A stretch of DNA of 64,000 bases from an uncultured Chloroflexia bacterium (GCA_963840385.1 CAWIYS010000009.1:313100-377099); one strand, 5' to 3'; positions 10,222 to 22,316 are shown, numbered from the stretch's first letter. The notes: generated by a model from the sequence alone, not told the origin. Numbers and translations: made by a program.

Positions 10222-10698
10222 TCAAGCGGTCAGCTTGGCGAGGGCGGCGACGAGTTGGCCGACTTCGGTGGGTGTCAGGGCGGACAATGCGCAGGCGAGC
10301 TTGGCGTTCACCTTTGCCAAGAGCGACGCCGCCAACTCGCGGCCCTCGTCGCTGAGGTCGACCGTGACGACGCGATTATCGCGGCGGCTCCGCTGCCGGC
10401 GCACCAGTCGCCGCTCGCGAAGCCGGTCGACCAGCACGCTCGCCCCGTTCGGGCGGATGCCAACCGCGCGGGCGATGCCGGAAACGGGCAACGAATCGCG
10501 GGTGAGCGCGATCAGCGCCAGCGCTTCGGATGGCGCGAGGCTGAATGCGCGGCTTTCCGCGCCGACCAGCGACGCGAGCTGCCCCTGCGCCTCGAAAACA
10601 CGCAGCAGCACGTCGAGCGCCTCAGTGGGCGCGGCTTGCGGGGATGCGAACCTCGGAGCAGCCAACAAACGCTCGGGTTGAGCGGCGGTTGCGGCCAT
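10222..10698 (-). CDS. MarR-family transcriptional regulator
   Basis: HTH (LPVSGIARAVGIRPNGASVLVDRL) and wing RSRRDNRVVTVDLS; AGAGGG RBS. Confidence 0.85.
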   Translation of the reverse strand: MAATAAQPERLLAAPRFASPQAAPTEALDVLLRVFEAQGQLASLVGAESRAFSLAPSEALALIALTRDSLPVSGIARAVGIRPNGASVLVDRLRERRLVRRQRSRRDNRVVTVDLSDEGRELAASLLAKVNAKLACALSALTPTEVGQLVAALAKLTA

Positions 10699-11062
10699 CC
10701 TGCCCTCTTTGTCTGTACACCACCGTCGATCGCCATGATACGCGTGGTCCCGATGGGTGAACGCCTGAGCCGCGTGGGGATTGCGTCAAAATGAGAAAGG
10801 TGCGATGGACGCGAGATGCGAGAGGTGGGAAGGGCTAACACTCTCGCACTCGCTATTGAGCAGGGTCGGCACGATCCAGCCTCCCGAGTCCAGCGTTTGC
10901 CGTCTGCGGACTCTCTGATTTCTGGCTTCCGGCATCCTGGAACCGGCCTCACCGCCGCTGATCCTTGCCGCCATCCGCGCGTCCGGCTAACATGCTGATG
11001 GGCGGCATCCCCCGGAGATGCCGCCATTCGCTTTTGCCGGCCCCCTCGGCCAGCGGGAGAGT

Positions 11063-12727
<1,665 letters not shown>

Positions 12728-12731
<4 letters not shown>

Positions 12732-13207
12732 GCACCAGCGAAGAGATCCTCCGCGCTCTCCATTTCCTGTCCCTCTTTCTGATGACAGCCGGGCTCGGCG
12801 CGGTCATGATCGCCTTGTGGCGCGGCTGGCGTGAGGACGACATCGAGCGGCAACTCGTCGCGTTCGAGGACGCGTCGACCGGGCACAAGGCGCTGCTCAT
12901 GCCGGGTACGATCGCCGTCGGCGCGACGGGCATCTTCCTGGCCGCTGACGCCGGTTTCAACTTCATCACGACGGGCTGGCTGCTGGCGCTCGAGGCGCTG
13001 TACTTGCTCGTGCTGTTCGTCTGCCTGCCCGTGCTGGGGCATGCGCTGAACCGCGTCGAGGTCGAAACGCTGAAGTCGCGTAAGCACGGCAAACGCAGCG
13101 AGGAGCTGCAGAGCCTGATCGACGACAACGTGCCGATCGTGATGTGTCTGGTCATCCTCGGCCTGCTGCCGATCATGGTCGCGTTGGCGGAGTTCGAGCC
13201 CTTCTGA
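12728..13207 (+). CDS. Integral membrane protein (DUF2269-like)
   Basis: Four hydrophobic segments; GTGA overlap with the pyrG stop. Confidence 0.7.
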
Positions 13208-13240
13208 CCTGCCGCCGAGCCCAATCGCTGCCCGCGCCCC

Positions 13241-13264
13241 GTAGCGCTGGCTTTCAGCCCGAGC
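13241..13264. repeat. REP-like hairpin family A (degenerate)
   Basis: GTAGCGCTGGCTTTCAGCCCGAGC. Confidence 0.55.
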
Positions 13265-13276
13265 AATACTGCCGGC

Positions 13277-13954
13277 GTGAGCGCCGAGACCGACTTCAGG
13301 GCGTTCGAGTTTCGCACGGTCGAGGCGGCCCGCCTGTCCGATGCCGACCGGGACATCGTATTCGGACTGTTCGACGGCGCGTACCGGCAGGCGAATCACG
13401 CGTACCTCGACAAGTCGCTGCATCGCCTTCGCTATCTCGCCATCGCCACCGACGACGGCCGGCCAGCGGGATTTGCCCTCGCCGACGCGCTCGTCATGGA
13501 CCTGCCCCGGCTGCCGGGCACGACGGTGATCCTCGCCGGCATCTGCTGCATCGACGGGGCGTACCGGCGGCGCGGGCTGTTCTCCCAGCTGGAGCGGCTC
13601 GCCGCGATGGCTGCGGGCGTCCGCCCGGCCGGGCGCGCGCTGACAGCCGGCCGCATGGCGCATCCCGCCAGCTACCGGCTAATGAGCCGCAACCCCGCCG
13701 CCGTGCCGCAGCCTGGCGTCACGCCGACGGAGTGGCAGCAGCAAGTTGGCGCGGCGATCGCTGATGCGTACGGCGTCGAAGCGTTCGAGCCCACGACGTT
13801 CGTCTGTCGCGGCTCCGGCACGCCGATCGGCTACCCCGTGATCGAGATCGACGTGCCGCCGGAGGAGTGGGAGGTGTTCCGGCCGGTGAACCGCGACCGG
13901 GGCGATTCGCTGCTCGGCATCTCGTGGATGGGCGGGCCGCCGGAGGGCTGGTAG
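13277..13954 (+). CDS. Hypothetical protein with GNAT-like fold
   Basis: CCIDGAYRRRGLFSQL resembles the acetyl-CoA-binding R-x-x-G motif; coding-like codon use. Confidence 0.6.
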   Translation: MSAETDFRAFEFRTVEAARLSDADRDIVFGLFDGAYRQANHAYLDKSLHRLRYLAIATDDGRPAGFALADALVMDLPRLPGTTVILAGICCIDGAYRRRGLFSQLERLAAMAAGVRPAGRALTAGRMAHPASYRLMSRNPAAVPQPGVTPTEWQQQVGAAIADAYGVEAFEPTTFVCRGSGTPIGYPVIEIDVPPEEWEVFRPVNRDRGDSLLGISWMGGPPEGW

Positions 13955-13982
13955 GGAGCTATCAGTCGTCAGCTTTCAGCGA

Positions 13983-14279
13983 TCAGAGCTCGGGGTACTC
14001 GAAGTCGTCGACCTTGACGGCTTCGACTATCTTCACCTGCGGGAAACGATCCTGCACGATGCGCTCGATGCCGAGCCGCATCGTCACCATGCTCATCGGG
14101 CAGCCATGGCACGAACCAGCGAGTTGGAGGCGCAGCCGGCCTTCGTCCGGCAGCCAGTCGATGAGGTTGAGCTCACCGCCGTGGGAGTGGACGTACGGAC
14201 GCATCTCGTCGAGGCAGGCGTCGATCTCGGCGAGGAAGGCGTCGTGGTCGGTCGTGGCGGCGGTTTCGGGACTTGTCAT
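13983..14279 (-). CDS. NifU/NfuA C-terminal domain Fe-S carrier protein
   Basis: RPYVHSHGGELNL and LAGSCHGCPMSMVTMRLGIER (CxxC). Confidence 0.88.
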   Translation of the reverse strand: MTSPETAATTDHDAFLAEIDACLDEMRPYVHSHGGELNLIDWLPDEGRLRLQLAGSCHGCPMSMVTMRLGIERIVQDRFPQVKIVEAVKVDDFEYPEL

Positions 14280-14365
14280 GGCTGATTACAGCGTAGGCGG
14301 GCGGACGGCGGAAGGCAAAGGCGGGAGGCCGTCAGCGGTCAGCTGTCAGCTCGCCGAACGCTGGC

Positions 14366-15625
14366 TTAGCGGCCGACACCGACGTATGTGAGGCCGAGCG
14401 CGGCGACGGTCTCCGGATTGAGGGCGGCGCGACCATCGAGGATGGCGCGGAGGCCGGGGAAGGATTTCAGGTCGAGGGTTTCGTATTCGGGGTGCCAGGC
14501 CTGGATGACCAGGGCATCAGCCGGGCAGGGGAACGCCGGTGGCGGCTCGAGGCCGTGGGCGCGGATCTCGTCGGGCGTGTATAGCGGGTCGTGGACGTAG
14601 ACGGTCGCGCCGGCGGCGACGAGTGAGCTGGCGAGCCCGAGCGCGCTCGAGTGGCGCGACTCCTTGACGCCCGGTCGGTACGCCAGGCCAAGAACCACGA
14701 CGGTGCGCCCTTCGAGCGACCCCATCGCGGTCGTTAGCCGGCTGACGGCGTAGTGTGCCATGTCGTCGTTCAGACGACGGGCGGCGGCGATGATCTCGGT
14801 GTCATCGCCGACGAGGAAGTACGGGTAGACGGGGATGCAGTGTCCGCCGACGCCGACGCCAGGCGCATGAATATGCGAGTACGGCTGCGAGTTCGCCGCC
14901 TCAATCGCCTGCAGCGCGTCGACGCCGAGACGGTCGGCGATACGGGCGAACTCGTTCGCCAAGGCGATGTTGACGTCGCGGTACGTCGTCTCTGCGAGCT
15001 TCGAGAACTCGGCGGTCTCCGCGTCGCGCACCTCCATCACGCTCGCATCGAGCATGGCGCGGTAGAACTCGGCTGCGCGCGCGGTGCTGTGGGCGTCGAT
15101 GCCGCCGACGATCTTCGGATACGTGGCGAGGTCGCGCAGGACGCGGCCCGACGAGACGCGCTCCGGGCTGAACGCTGCCGAGAAATCCGCGCCCGGTGCC
15201 ATGCCTGTCAACTCGCGCACGCGCCCGGCGACGCGGCCGCGCGTCGTGCCGACGGGCACCGTGGTCTCGACGATGATCAGCACGCCGCGGGGCAGGTGCG
15301 ACGCGACGGCGTCGACCGCCGCGTCGAGGAGCGCGAAGTCGGGGCGCTGCGTCGCGTCGACGTCGGCCGGCACGATCAGGACGACGACATCGGCGGACGC
15401 GACGGCATCGCGCGGGTCCGCCGTCGCGCGCAGATGCCCGCTCACGACGAGGCCGGGGATGCGCTCTTCGAGGCCCGGTTCGGCCGGCAGCGGGTTGTAC
15501 TTGTCGTTGATCAGCGCGACGCGCGAGGCATCGACGTCGTAGCCAACGACCTTCGCGCTCTTCGAGGCGAACTGCACCGCGAGCGGCAGGCCGATCTTGC
15601 CGAGGCCGACGATCGCCACTTTCAT
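14366..15625 (-). CDS. Nucleotide-sugar 6-dehydrogenase (WbpA/WecC/Ugd family)
   Basis: MKVAIVGLGKIGLP, ETTVPVGTT, FSPERV, GVGGHCIPVYP and GLAYRPGV. Confidence 0.93.
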   Translation of the reverse strand: MKVAIVGLGKIGLPLAVQFASKSAKVVGYDVDASRVALINDKYNPLPAEPGLEERIPGLVVSGHLRATADPRDAVASADVVVLIVPADVDATQRPDFALLDAAVDAVASHLPRGVLIIVETTVPVGTTRGRVAGRVRELTGMAPGADFSAAFSPERVSSGRVLRDLATYPKIVGGIDAHSTARAAEFYRAMLDASVMEVRDAETAEFSKLAETTYRDVNIALANEFARIADRLGVDALQAIEAANSQPYSHIHAPGVGVGGHCIPVYPYFLVGDDTEIIAAARRLNDDMAHYAVSRLTTAMGSLEGRTVVVLGLAYRPGVKESRHSSALGLASSLVAAGATVYVHDPLYTPDEIRAHGLEPPPAFPCPADALVIQAWHPEYETLDLKSFPGLRAILDGRAALNPETVAALGLTYVGVGR

Positions 15626-15644
15626 AGAGTGGTGCCCGTTGCGT

Positions 15645-15722
15645 GCAACAACCAACGCCAAACAACAGACAAGAGACCGTGAAGAGGCTCTGTTGTCCGC
15701 GGTCTGCTCTCTGCTCTCGTGC
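15645..15722. repeat. Degenerate heptamer-period intergenic hairpin
   Basis: CAACAAC CAACGCC AAACAAC AGACAAG ... TCTGTTG TCCGCGG TCTGCTC TCTGCTC. Confidence 0.65.
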
Positions 15723-16742
15723 TCATCGAGCGCGCTCCAGCGCCACGTGCTCGCCCGTGCGGGCGGCGCGGACGAGGGCTTCGGCGGCGGCCATGGCGGC
15801 GATGCCGTCGTCGGGCGAGACGGGGGGCGGCGTGCCTTCGCGCACGGCGGCGACGAACGCCTCGAGCTCGACGCGCAACGGCTCCCGCTTCTCGATCTCG
15901 ATGAAGTGCACGGGGCCCTCGGTCACGCCCTTCAGGTGGCGCGCCGCCCAGTCCGTCTCCTGGCCGCGCGCGTGGTCGTTCTCGTAGAACGTCAGCTCGC
16001 GCGCCAGGTAGTCAACCACGAACATCCCGCGTTCGCCGAGCACGGAGAGTTCGCGGATCTTCGTCGGCGTCAGCCAGTTGACGTCAAGCACGCCGACAAC
16101 GCCGTTCGTGAAGCGCAGGAGGCCCGAGAGCATGTCCTCGTGCTCCGTGTTGACGCGCTGCTCCGTCTCGGCCTGGACGCGCGCCACTTCGGCGCCGAGC
16201 ACGAAGCGCATCACGTCGATGTCGTGCGGCGCCAGGTCGAGCACGACGCCGACGTCGCGGACGCGCTGCGGGAACGGCCCGACGCGCCGCGCGTGGACCT
16301 GGAACACGCGGCCCAACTCTCCGGCCTCGATGCGCCGCTTCAGCTCGATCACGGCGGGATTGAAGCGCTCGATGTGGCCGACGGTCATCGAAACGCCGGC
16401 GGCCGCGGCACGGTCTCGGAGCCGCACGCCCTCGTCGATGCTGGCGGCCAGCGGCTTCTCGACGAGCAGCGCCACACCGGCAGCGATGACGCGCTCGGCG
16501 ACCTCGGCGTGGGTGCGCGTCGGCACGGCGACCGTCACGACGTCGGGATGCTGCTCCGCGAGCATTTGGACGTAGTCGGTGTAGCCGCTGCCGCCGTGCT
16601 CGCACGAGACGGCGCGCACGCGATCGGGGTCGACATCGGCGACGGCGGCCAGCTCGACGCCGGGCAGCTCGGCGTAGACGCGAGCGTGGTTCGTCCCCAT
16701 AGCCCCGAGGCCGATAACGGCGGCGCGGAGGGTGCTCGGCAT
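15723..16742 (-). CDS. Gfo/Idh/MocA oxidoreductase (WbpB/WlbA-like)
   Basis: AAVIGLGAMGTNHARV, VEKPLA, VGHIERFNPA and LDLAPHDID. Confidence 0.9.
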   Translation of the reverse strand: MPSTLRAAVIGLGAMGTNHARVYAELPGVELAAVADVDPDRVRAVSCEHGGSGYTDYVQMLAEQHPDVVTVAVPTRTHAEVAERVIAAGVALLVEKPLAASIDEGVRLRDRAAAAGVSMTVGHIERFNPAVIELKRRIEAGELGRVFQVHARRVGPFPQRVRDVGVVLDLAPHDIDVMRFVLGAEVARVQAETEQRVNTEHEDMLSGLLRFTNGVVGVLDVNWLTPTKIRELSVLGERGMFVVDYLARELTFYENDHARGQETDWAARHLKGVTEGPVHFIEIEKREPLRVELEAFVAAVREGTPPPVSPDDGIAAMAAAEALVRAARTGEHVALERAR

Positions 16743-17002
16743 GAGGCAAGTGTAACGGGTGGGGTACGCGCAGCGGCTCACGTGCAATTTCCGAAGCCTG
16801 GATTTCGTTTTCACACTTTTTATTTGCGGCGGCCACGGCACTCTCGGGCTGCCGGAGGGTGCAGTGCCATACGGCCAGGGGGTCCAGGCTACCTGCGGCT
16901 GGCCTGAGCTCCAAACGGGCGTGTCACTCAGCGCGCCTGTCATGCGATGCTTGACGAAACGGCGCGGTCGATCAGGATTGCCGGGGATTGGGAGCGGGTC
17001 GC

Positions 17003-17437
17003 ATGTGGAAACTTCTGGCAGCATTGTGGCTACTGGCCCTGCTTGTCGCGGGGTGCAATTCGGGGAATAGCGACAAGAGCAGCAGCAGCACCCCGGCAAC
17101 GACCGCAGGCGCCGGAACGGTCAGGCTGCTCGATCCGGCAGACTACAAAGCGGCGATCGCGAACCCGGGCGCGTTCGTCGTTAACGTGCACATCCCGTAC
17201 GAGCGCGAGATCGCGGGGACGGACGCGTTCGTCCCGTACGACGGGATCGCGGAGCACGCGAGCGAGTTACCAGCGGACAAGTCAGCGCCGCTGTACATCT
17301 ACTGCCGGTCGGGGCGGATGAGCGCGCTGGCTACTCCGGCGCTCCAACGCCTCGGCTACACAAACGTCGTCGACCTGAAGGGCGGGATGCAGGCGTGGGT
17401 GGACGCGGGGCTGCCGCTGGTGGACCGGAAGTCATGA
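17003..17437 (+). CDS. Rhodanese-domain lipoprotein
   Basis: Lipobox LVAGC; YIYCRSGRMS active-site loop; LKGGMQAW. Confidence 0.88.
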   Translation: MWKLLAALWLLALLVAGCNSGNSDKSSSSTPATTAGAGTVRLLDPADYKAAIANPGAFVVNVHIPYEREIAGTDAFVPYDGIAEHASELPADKSAPLYIYCRSGRMSALATPALQRLGYTNVVDLKGGMQAWVDAGLPLVDRKS

Positions 17438-17916
17438 GCGATCCCCTCTCGTTGCGCTTTGAGTCACAGCTGAGCGCCTCCGCGGCCCGGGTCTGGGAGT
17501 GGATCACATCCACCGACGGAGTCTCCGCTGAAATGCGCCCGTTCCTTCGCATGACGTGGCCGAAGGGCCTTCGGTCACTGGAGGAACTGGACGTCGTACC
17601 CGGCGTGCGCATGTTCCGCAGCAATGTCTTCCTGTTCGGAATCCTGCCAATCGACTACTCGGATATGACCCTGCTGGAATTCAGCCGGGGGCAGGGCTTC
17701 ATTGAGCAATCGCCCATGGGCTCCATGACGTTGTGGCGTCACGAGCGGCGGATCGCTCCCTCTCCGGCCAATCCGGCGGCGGTCCTGCTGATCGATCAGC
17801 TCACGTTCCAGCCGCACATGGCGAAGCGTCTCGTCAGTTGGTTCATTCGCCGCTTCTTCATGCACCGGCACGACGTGTTGAGAGCCAGGCTTGGCGGCGT
17901 TGCACGAAGCACCTAA
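17434..17916 (+). CDS. SRPBCC-like hypothetical protein
   Basis: ATGA overlap; SAARVWEWIT and WRHERRI...DQLTF pattern typical of SRPBCC-fold proteins. Confidence 0.65.
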   Translation: MSDPLSLRFESQLSASAARVWEWITSTDGVSAEMRPFLRMTWPKGLRSLEELDVVPGVRMFRSNVFLFGILPIDYSDMTLLEFSRGQGFIEQSPMGSMTLWRHERRIAPSPANPAAVLLIDQLTFQPHMAKRLVSWFIRRFFMHRHDVLRARLGGVARST

Positions 17917-18061
17917 CGCCGACGGCTCATCCCCGGACGGCTCCAGGGTTGCGAGACGCGAGCGACCCGTTCAGCCGTTGTGAACAGCGGCCTGGCTCGA
18001 GACCCTCACGCGGACGCGCGCTCGCCGCGCACCAGTGCTGTGCGCTACCACCGTTCGCTCC

Positions 18062-19192
18062 TCACCATTGGACGAACATCGGCATGACGACGTGGATGTA
18101 GTTGTCGTTGTCGACGGGGCGGATGACGCCGGGCTGTGAGGGGCCGGTGGTCTCGAGCGCGACGCGGCCGCCGTCGAGCACCGCCAGCACTTCCTGCAGA
18201 TACTTGCCGTTGAAGGCGATCTTCGACGGCTCGCCTTCGACCGTCGCGTCGAGGACGCCGGAGTTGTCGCCGATCTCCTCGGCGCGGGCGGAGATGGTCA
18301 TCTCGCCGGGCTGGCCCTCTTCGCCGGCAAGGAAGGTGATGCGAACGATGCCGCTGCCGTCGCGCGCAAAGATCGACGCGATCTTCGTCTCCTGCAGGAA
18401 GTCGCGCACCTCGACGACCGCGCGGCTGCCCCACTCCTTCGGGATGAGGCGGCTGTAGTCGGGGAAGGTGCCCTGGATCAGCTGCGCCACCAACTCGACG
18501 TCCTTGAGCCGGAAGAGCACCTGCGTCTTGTTCGCGTTGAAGGTCATCTGCACCGGCTCGTCCTGGTCCTGCAGCAGCCGGTTCAGCTCCGCCAGCGCCT
18601 TCGCCGGCACGATGACCTCTTGCCGCTCGCCGACCTTCTTCTTGAGGTCGAGCGTACGCACGGCCAGCCGGAAGCCGTCGGCGGCGGCGAGCGTCAGCTT
18701 GTTGCCCTCGACGACGAGGTCGACGCCGGTGAGGACCGGACGCGAGTCGTCGGTCGCGGCGGAAAAGACGACCTGGGCGATCGCTTCGCGGAGCATCTTG
18801 GCATCGAGCTCGAGCGTGTCGCCCTCGACCGCCGGGATCGGCGGGAAGTCGTCGGCGTCCATGCCGCCGATCGTCGCCTCGTTGCGCGCGCAGACCAGCT
18901 TGACCTGCCGCGAGCGGGGTGCCAGCGTCATCTGGATCTTCTCGGCCGGCAGCGAGTTGACGAAGTCCGTGATGAGGCGCGCCGGCACCGTGATCGCGCC
19001 CTCGTCCTCGATCTGGCCGCCGATCCAGCAGCTCAAGGCGATATCCAGATTCGTGGCCGCGAGCTTGATGCGCCCGTGCTCGGTCGAAATCAGGACGTTC
19101 GAGGTGATCGGCAGCGTGCTGCGCAACGCCACCGCCCGGCCGACTATGCCAAGCCCGCGCGCCAGGTTCTCCTGGAGACAAGTAACCTTCAT
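18062..19192 (-). CDS. dnaN: DNA polymerase III beta sliding clamp
   Basis: MKVTCLQENL, LAATNLDI, SRPVLTGV, AAADGFRLA, FPDYSRLIP, IAFNGKYL and VVMPM. Confidence 0.97.
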   Translation of the reverse strand: MKVTCLQENLARGLGIVGRAVALRSTLPITSNVLISTEHGRIKLAATNLDIALSCWIGGQIEDEGAITVPARLITDFVNSLPAEKIQMTLAPRSRQVKLVCARNEATIGGMDADDFPPIPAVEGDTLELDAKMLREAIAQVVFSAATDDSRPVLTGVDLVVEGNKLTLAAADGFRLAVRTLDLKKKVGERQEVIVPAKALAELNRLLQDQDEPVQMTFNANKTQVLFRLKDVELVAQLIQGTFPDYSRLIPKEWGSRAVVEVRDFLQETKIASIFARDGSGIVRITFLAGEEGQPGEMTISARAEEIGDNSGVLDATVEGEPSKIAFNGKYLQEVLAVLDGGRVALETTGPSQPGVIRPVDNDNYIHVVMPMFVQW

Positions 19193-19222
19193 TGCGCTCA
19201 CCTGTGTAATCACTTTCCAAGG

Positions 19223-19251
19223 AGTATAAGAATATGCCGGACAAGCGACAA
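19223..19251 (-). promoter_or_regulatory. sigma70-type promoter for dnaN
   Basis: On the minus strand TTGTCG (19251-19246), 17-bp spacer, TATACT (19228-19223). Confidence 0.6.
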
Positions 19252-19328
19252 TAGATCAAGGCACTTGAACAATTGGAGGAGGGAGGTCGAAGGGCGCAAG
19301 CCAGAGAGCAGAAGGCAGAGAGCAGGGC

Positions 19329-19829
19329 TCAATTCGAGCGGGCGCTATTGTCGAAGGACTGCATGAGCCAGGCGCGGTCGTCGAGCCAGCGTTCGTCGAA
19401 TCGGCCGGCGGTGTAGGCGGCAATGACGCGGCGCCAGAATGCGTGCGCCGGCAGGTTGGCAGCCATCGCACGGACTTCCCATCGGCCGGGGAAGGCATCG
19501 AAGGCGCGGCGAGCCGCCTCGGCACCGACGCCGCGGCGGCGGTACTTGCGCATGACGAAGAACTCGGCCATGTCCGCCACGTCGCCGGCGCCAGCGGCCG
19601 ACGGCGCGCGGCGAACCAGCACGAAGCCCGCGAGCTGGCCGCCGGCCTTGATGAGGAACGCGTGCCGGTCCGGCTCGGTGAAATATGCATCGAGATACCG
19701 GTAGCCGAAGCGGCCGTCGGGGCCGAGGTCGTCGTCGGTGTATTCGGTGAAGTCGTACTGGTACAGCTCGAGCAGGTTGCCGAGCACGGGCGTGTCGGCG
19801 GGCGTGGCCTCGACGAGCTGGATCTTCAT
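19329..19829 (-). CDS. GNAT family N-acetyltransferase
   Basis: LLELYQYDF, MAEFFVMRKYRRRGVG and FPGRWEV. Confidence 0.85.
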   Translation of the reverse strand: MKIQLVEATPADTPVLGNLLELYQYDFTEYTDDDLGPDGRFGYRYLDAYFTEPDRHAFLIKAGGQLAGFVLVRRAPSAAGAGDVADMAEFFVMRKYRRRGVGAEAARRAFDAFPGRWEVRAMAANLPAHAFWRRVIAAYTAGRFDERWLDDRAWLMQSFDNSARSN

Positions 19830-19839
19830 CGCCGGGTGC

Positions 19840-20565
19840 CTAGCGCGCGGTCCAGCCGCCGTCGACGACGTACGCCGAGCCTGTGACGAACGAGGCCTCT
19901 TCGGACGCGAGGAAGAGCGCGACGGCGGCGACCTCTTCCGGCCGGCCCATGCGGCCGAGTGCGCTGTTCGATTCCATGAACGGCTTGCCGCCCGCCTGAG
20001 CGATCGGGTCCGTCATCGCTGTCTCGATCCAGCCGGGGTTGATGCAGTTGACGCGGACCCCGCGCGCACCGTAGTTCGTCGCGTAGTGTTTCGTCAGGCC
20101 GACGACGCCGTGCTTGGCGGCGGTGTAGCCCTCGACACCCGGGAAGGGGACGCTGATCAGGCCCAGCATCGACGACAGGTTGACGATCGCGCCGCCGCCG
20201 CGACCGGCCATGGCCTCGCAGCCGTGCTTGCAGCCGTACATGACGCCGCTCAGGTTGATGGCGATCATCCGATCCCACTCGACGCCGCCGCCGACGCCGG
20301 CGTTGTTGACGAGGACGTCGATCGTGCCGAACGCCTTGATCGTAGATTCGATCGCTCCGGCGACCTCGGACTCGACCGAGGTGTCGCAGTGGTTGACGAG
20401 CGATGTCTCGCCGACCTCGGTTGCGACGGCCCGCGCCGCCTCGTCGTTGATATCGGAGACGACGACGTTCGCGCCTTCGGAGGCGAAGCGCACGGCGATC
20501 GCGCGGCCGATGCCCATGCCGGCGCCCGTCACGAGCGCCACCTTGCCCTGCAGCCTGTCTCCCAT
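19840..20565 (-). CDS. Short-chain dehydrogenase/reductase
   Basis: TGAGMGIG, NNAG, YTAAKHG and VNCINPG. Confidence 0.93.
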   Translation of the reverse strand: MGDRLQGKVALVTGAGMGIGRAIAVRFASEGANVVVSDINDEAARAVATEVGETSLVNHCDTSVESEVAGAIESTIKAFGTIDVLVNNAGVGGGVEWDRMIAINLSGVMYGCKHGCEAMAGRGGGAIVNLSSMLGLISVPFPGVEGYTAAKHGVVGLTKHYATNYGARGVRVNCINPGWIETAMTDPIAQAGGKPFMESNSALGRMGRPEEVAAVALFLASEEASFVTGSAYVVDGGWTAR

Positions 20566-20766
20566 GGCGTTCTCCTCGCCTTCACAGCGCGCCGAGCCAC
20601 GAGTTCCGGCTCGATCCGCGTTCGTTTGATGCTCCGCAACTGTGCCACGCGGGCGCTACTCGCGCCATGATGCTTGCGTACAGCTTCCTTGTCCGACTCT
20701 TGGCAGTCATCGATAATTTCCGAGGCGCCGGCGTCCGGCGCGTTCGTTTCTCCGCGGAGTCTGCCC

Positions 20767-21376
20767 GTGACTGTCGTGATCGGCCTGACCGGCGGCATCG
20801 CCAGCGGCAAATCCGTCGTCAGCCAGATGCTGGCCGAGCACGGGGCGCTGGTCATCGACGCGGACAAAGTGGGGCACGAGGCGTACGCGCCCGGCAGCGG
20901 CTGCTACGAGGCGGTCGTCGAGGCGTTCGGGCGGGATATCGTCGCTGCGGACGGGTCGATCGACCGGAAGGCGCTGGGCGGCAAGGTGTTCGGCGATGCG
21001 GGCCAGCGGAAGCGGCTGGAGGGCATCGTCTGGCCGTGGATGCGAACGACGATGGAAGGGCGGCTGGCCGGCCTTCGCGCCGAGGGCGTGCCGGTGGTCG
21101 TGCTGGAGGCGGCGGTGCTCATCGAGGCGGACTGGATCCCGATCGTGGACCAGGTCTGGGCCGTCGTCGTGCCGCCGCGAAGTGGCACGAGAGCGCATCG
21201 TGAGCCGGAATGGTCTGACGGCCGAGCAGGCAGACGCGCGCATCGCGGCGCAACTGACGAACGCCGAGCGCGAAGCGCGCGCGCAAGTTGTGATCGACAA
21301 CAGCGGGTCGATGGAGGAACTGCGGCACCGCGTCGATGCGGCGTGGGAGCAGCTCCAGGCGTCGGCCGCCGGCTGA
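20767..21376 (+). CDS. coaE: Dephospho-CoA kinase; frameshift near 21178
   Basis: [20 protein letters not shown] and IDRKALG; C-terminus RIAAQL...VVIDNSGS lies in a second frame. Confidence 0.92.
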
Positions 21377-21407
21377 GCGTCGGGCAAGGGCGAGGGAGGA
21401 TGGAGAG

Positions 21408-22316
21408 ATGACAGTCGAAGACCAGCTGGCCGACGAGACGGCGTACAAACAGTACGCGGTTGAGGAGTATCACCCACACGTCGAGCCGTACTACGTGCCG
21501 ACGAGCGACGAGGTCGAGCTGTTCGAGGCGGCGTTCAACTCGAAGATCCCCGTGCTGCTCAAGGGCCCGACGGGCTGCGGTAAGACGCGCTTCGTCGAGT
21601 ACATGGCGTGGCGGCTCGGCCGGCCGCTGACGATCATCAAGGACGGCGGCAAGAAGGGCAAGCAGCCCGTGACGACGCAGGCGCTGCCGCTCGTGACGGT
21701 CGCCTGCCACGAGGACCTGACCGCGAGCGACCTCGTCGGCCGCTACCTGCTCGAAGGCGACGCGACGCGCTGGATCGACGGGCCGCTGACGCGCGCGGTG
21801 AAGGCCGGCGCCATCTGCTACCTGGACGAGGTCGTCGAGGCGCGCAAGGACACGACGGTGCTGATCCACCCGCTGACGGACCACCGCCGCGTGCTGCCGA
21901 TGGAGAAGCTGGGCCAGATCATCGAGGCGCGCGAGGGGTTCCTGCTCGTGATCTCGTACAACCCGGGGTATCAGAGCGCGTTGAAGGACCTGAAGCACAG
22001 CACGAGGCAGCGCTTCATCTCGCTGGAGTTCACGCACCCACGCAAGGAGCTCGAGGCGAAGATCATCGCGCACGAAAGCGGCGTGTCGGAGGAGACGGCG
22101 CAGGACCTCGCCAAGCTGGGCGAGAAGGTGCGCAACCTGCGCGAGCACGGACTTAGCGAGGGCGTGAGCACGCGGCTGCTCATCTACACCGGCAAGCTGA
22201 TCCAGAAGGGCATACCAGCGCGGCGCGCGTGCCAGGTCGGCGTCGTCTGGGCGCTGACCGACGACGCGGAGGTGCAACGCAGCATCGAGGAAGTGGCGAG
22301 CAGCATCTTCGAGTAG
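21408..22316 (+). CDS. CbbQ/NirQ/NorQ family AAA+ ATPase (MoxR clade)
   Basis: [42 protein letters not shown] and STRQRF. Confidence 0.92.
   Translation: MTVEDQLADETAYKQYAVEEYHPHVEPYYVPTSDEVELFEAAFNSKIPVLLKGPTGCGKTRFVEYMAWRLGRPLTIIKDGGKKGKQPVTTQALPLVTVACHEDLTASDLVGRYLLEGDATRWIDGPLTRAVKAGAICYLDEVVEARKDTTVLIHPLTDHRRVLPMEKLGQIIEAREGFLLVISYNPGYQSALKDLKHSTRQRFISLEFTHPRKELEAKIIAHESGVSEETAQDLAKLGEKVRNLREHGLSEGVSTRLLIYTGKLIQKGIPARRACQVGVVWALTDDAEVQRSIEEVASSIFE

Noticed and set aside
16740-16960. tmRNA-like resume sequence GCAAAT on the minus strand
   Set aside because: There are no tRNA-like 5' or 3' ends, and the frame does not end in an AA-stop tag.
17905-17990. attC-like site after the SRPBCC-like gene (ACCTAAC overlapping the stop, later GTT sites)
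   Set aside because: The inner L boxes and fold-back symmetry are unconvincing, there is no integron integrase, and there is no second cassette.
19195-19280. oriC or DnaA boxes upstream of dnaN
   Set aside because: No clear TTATCCACA-type boxes; the AT-rich patch is explained by a promoter.
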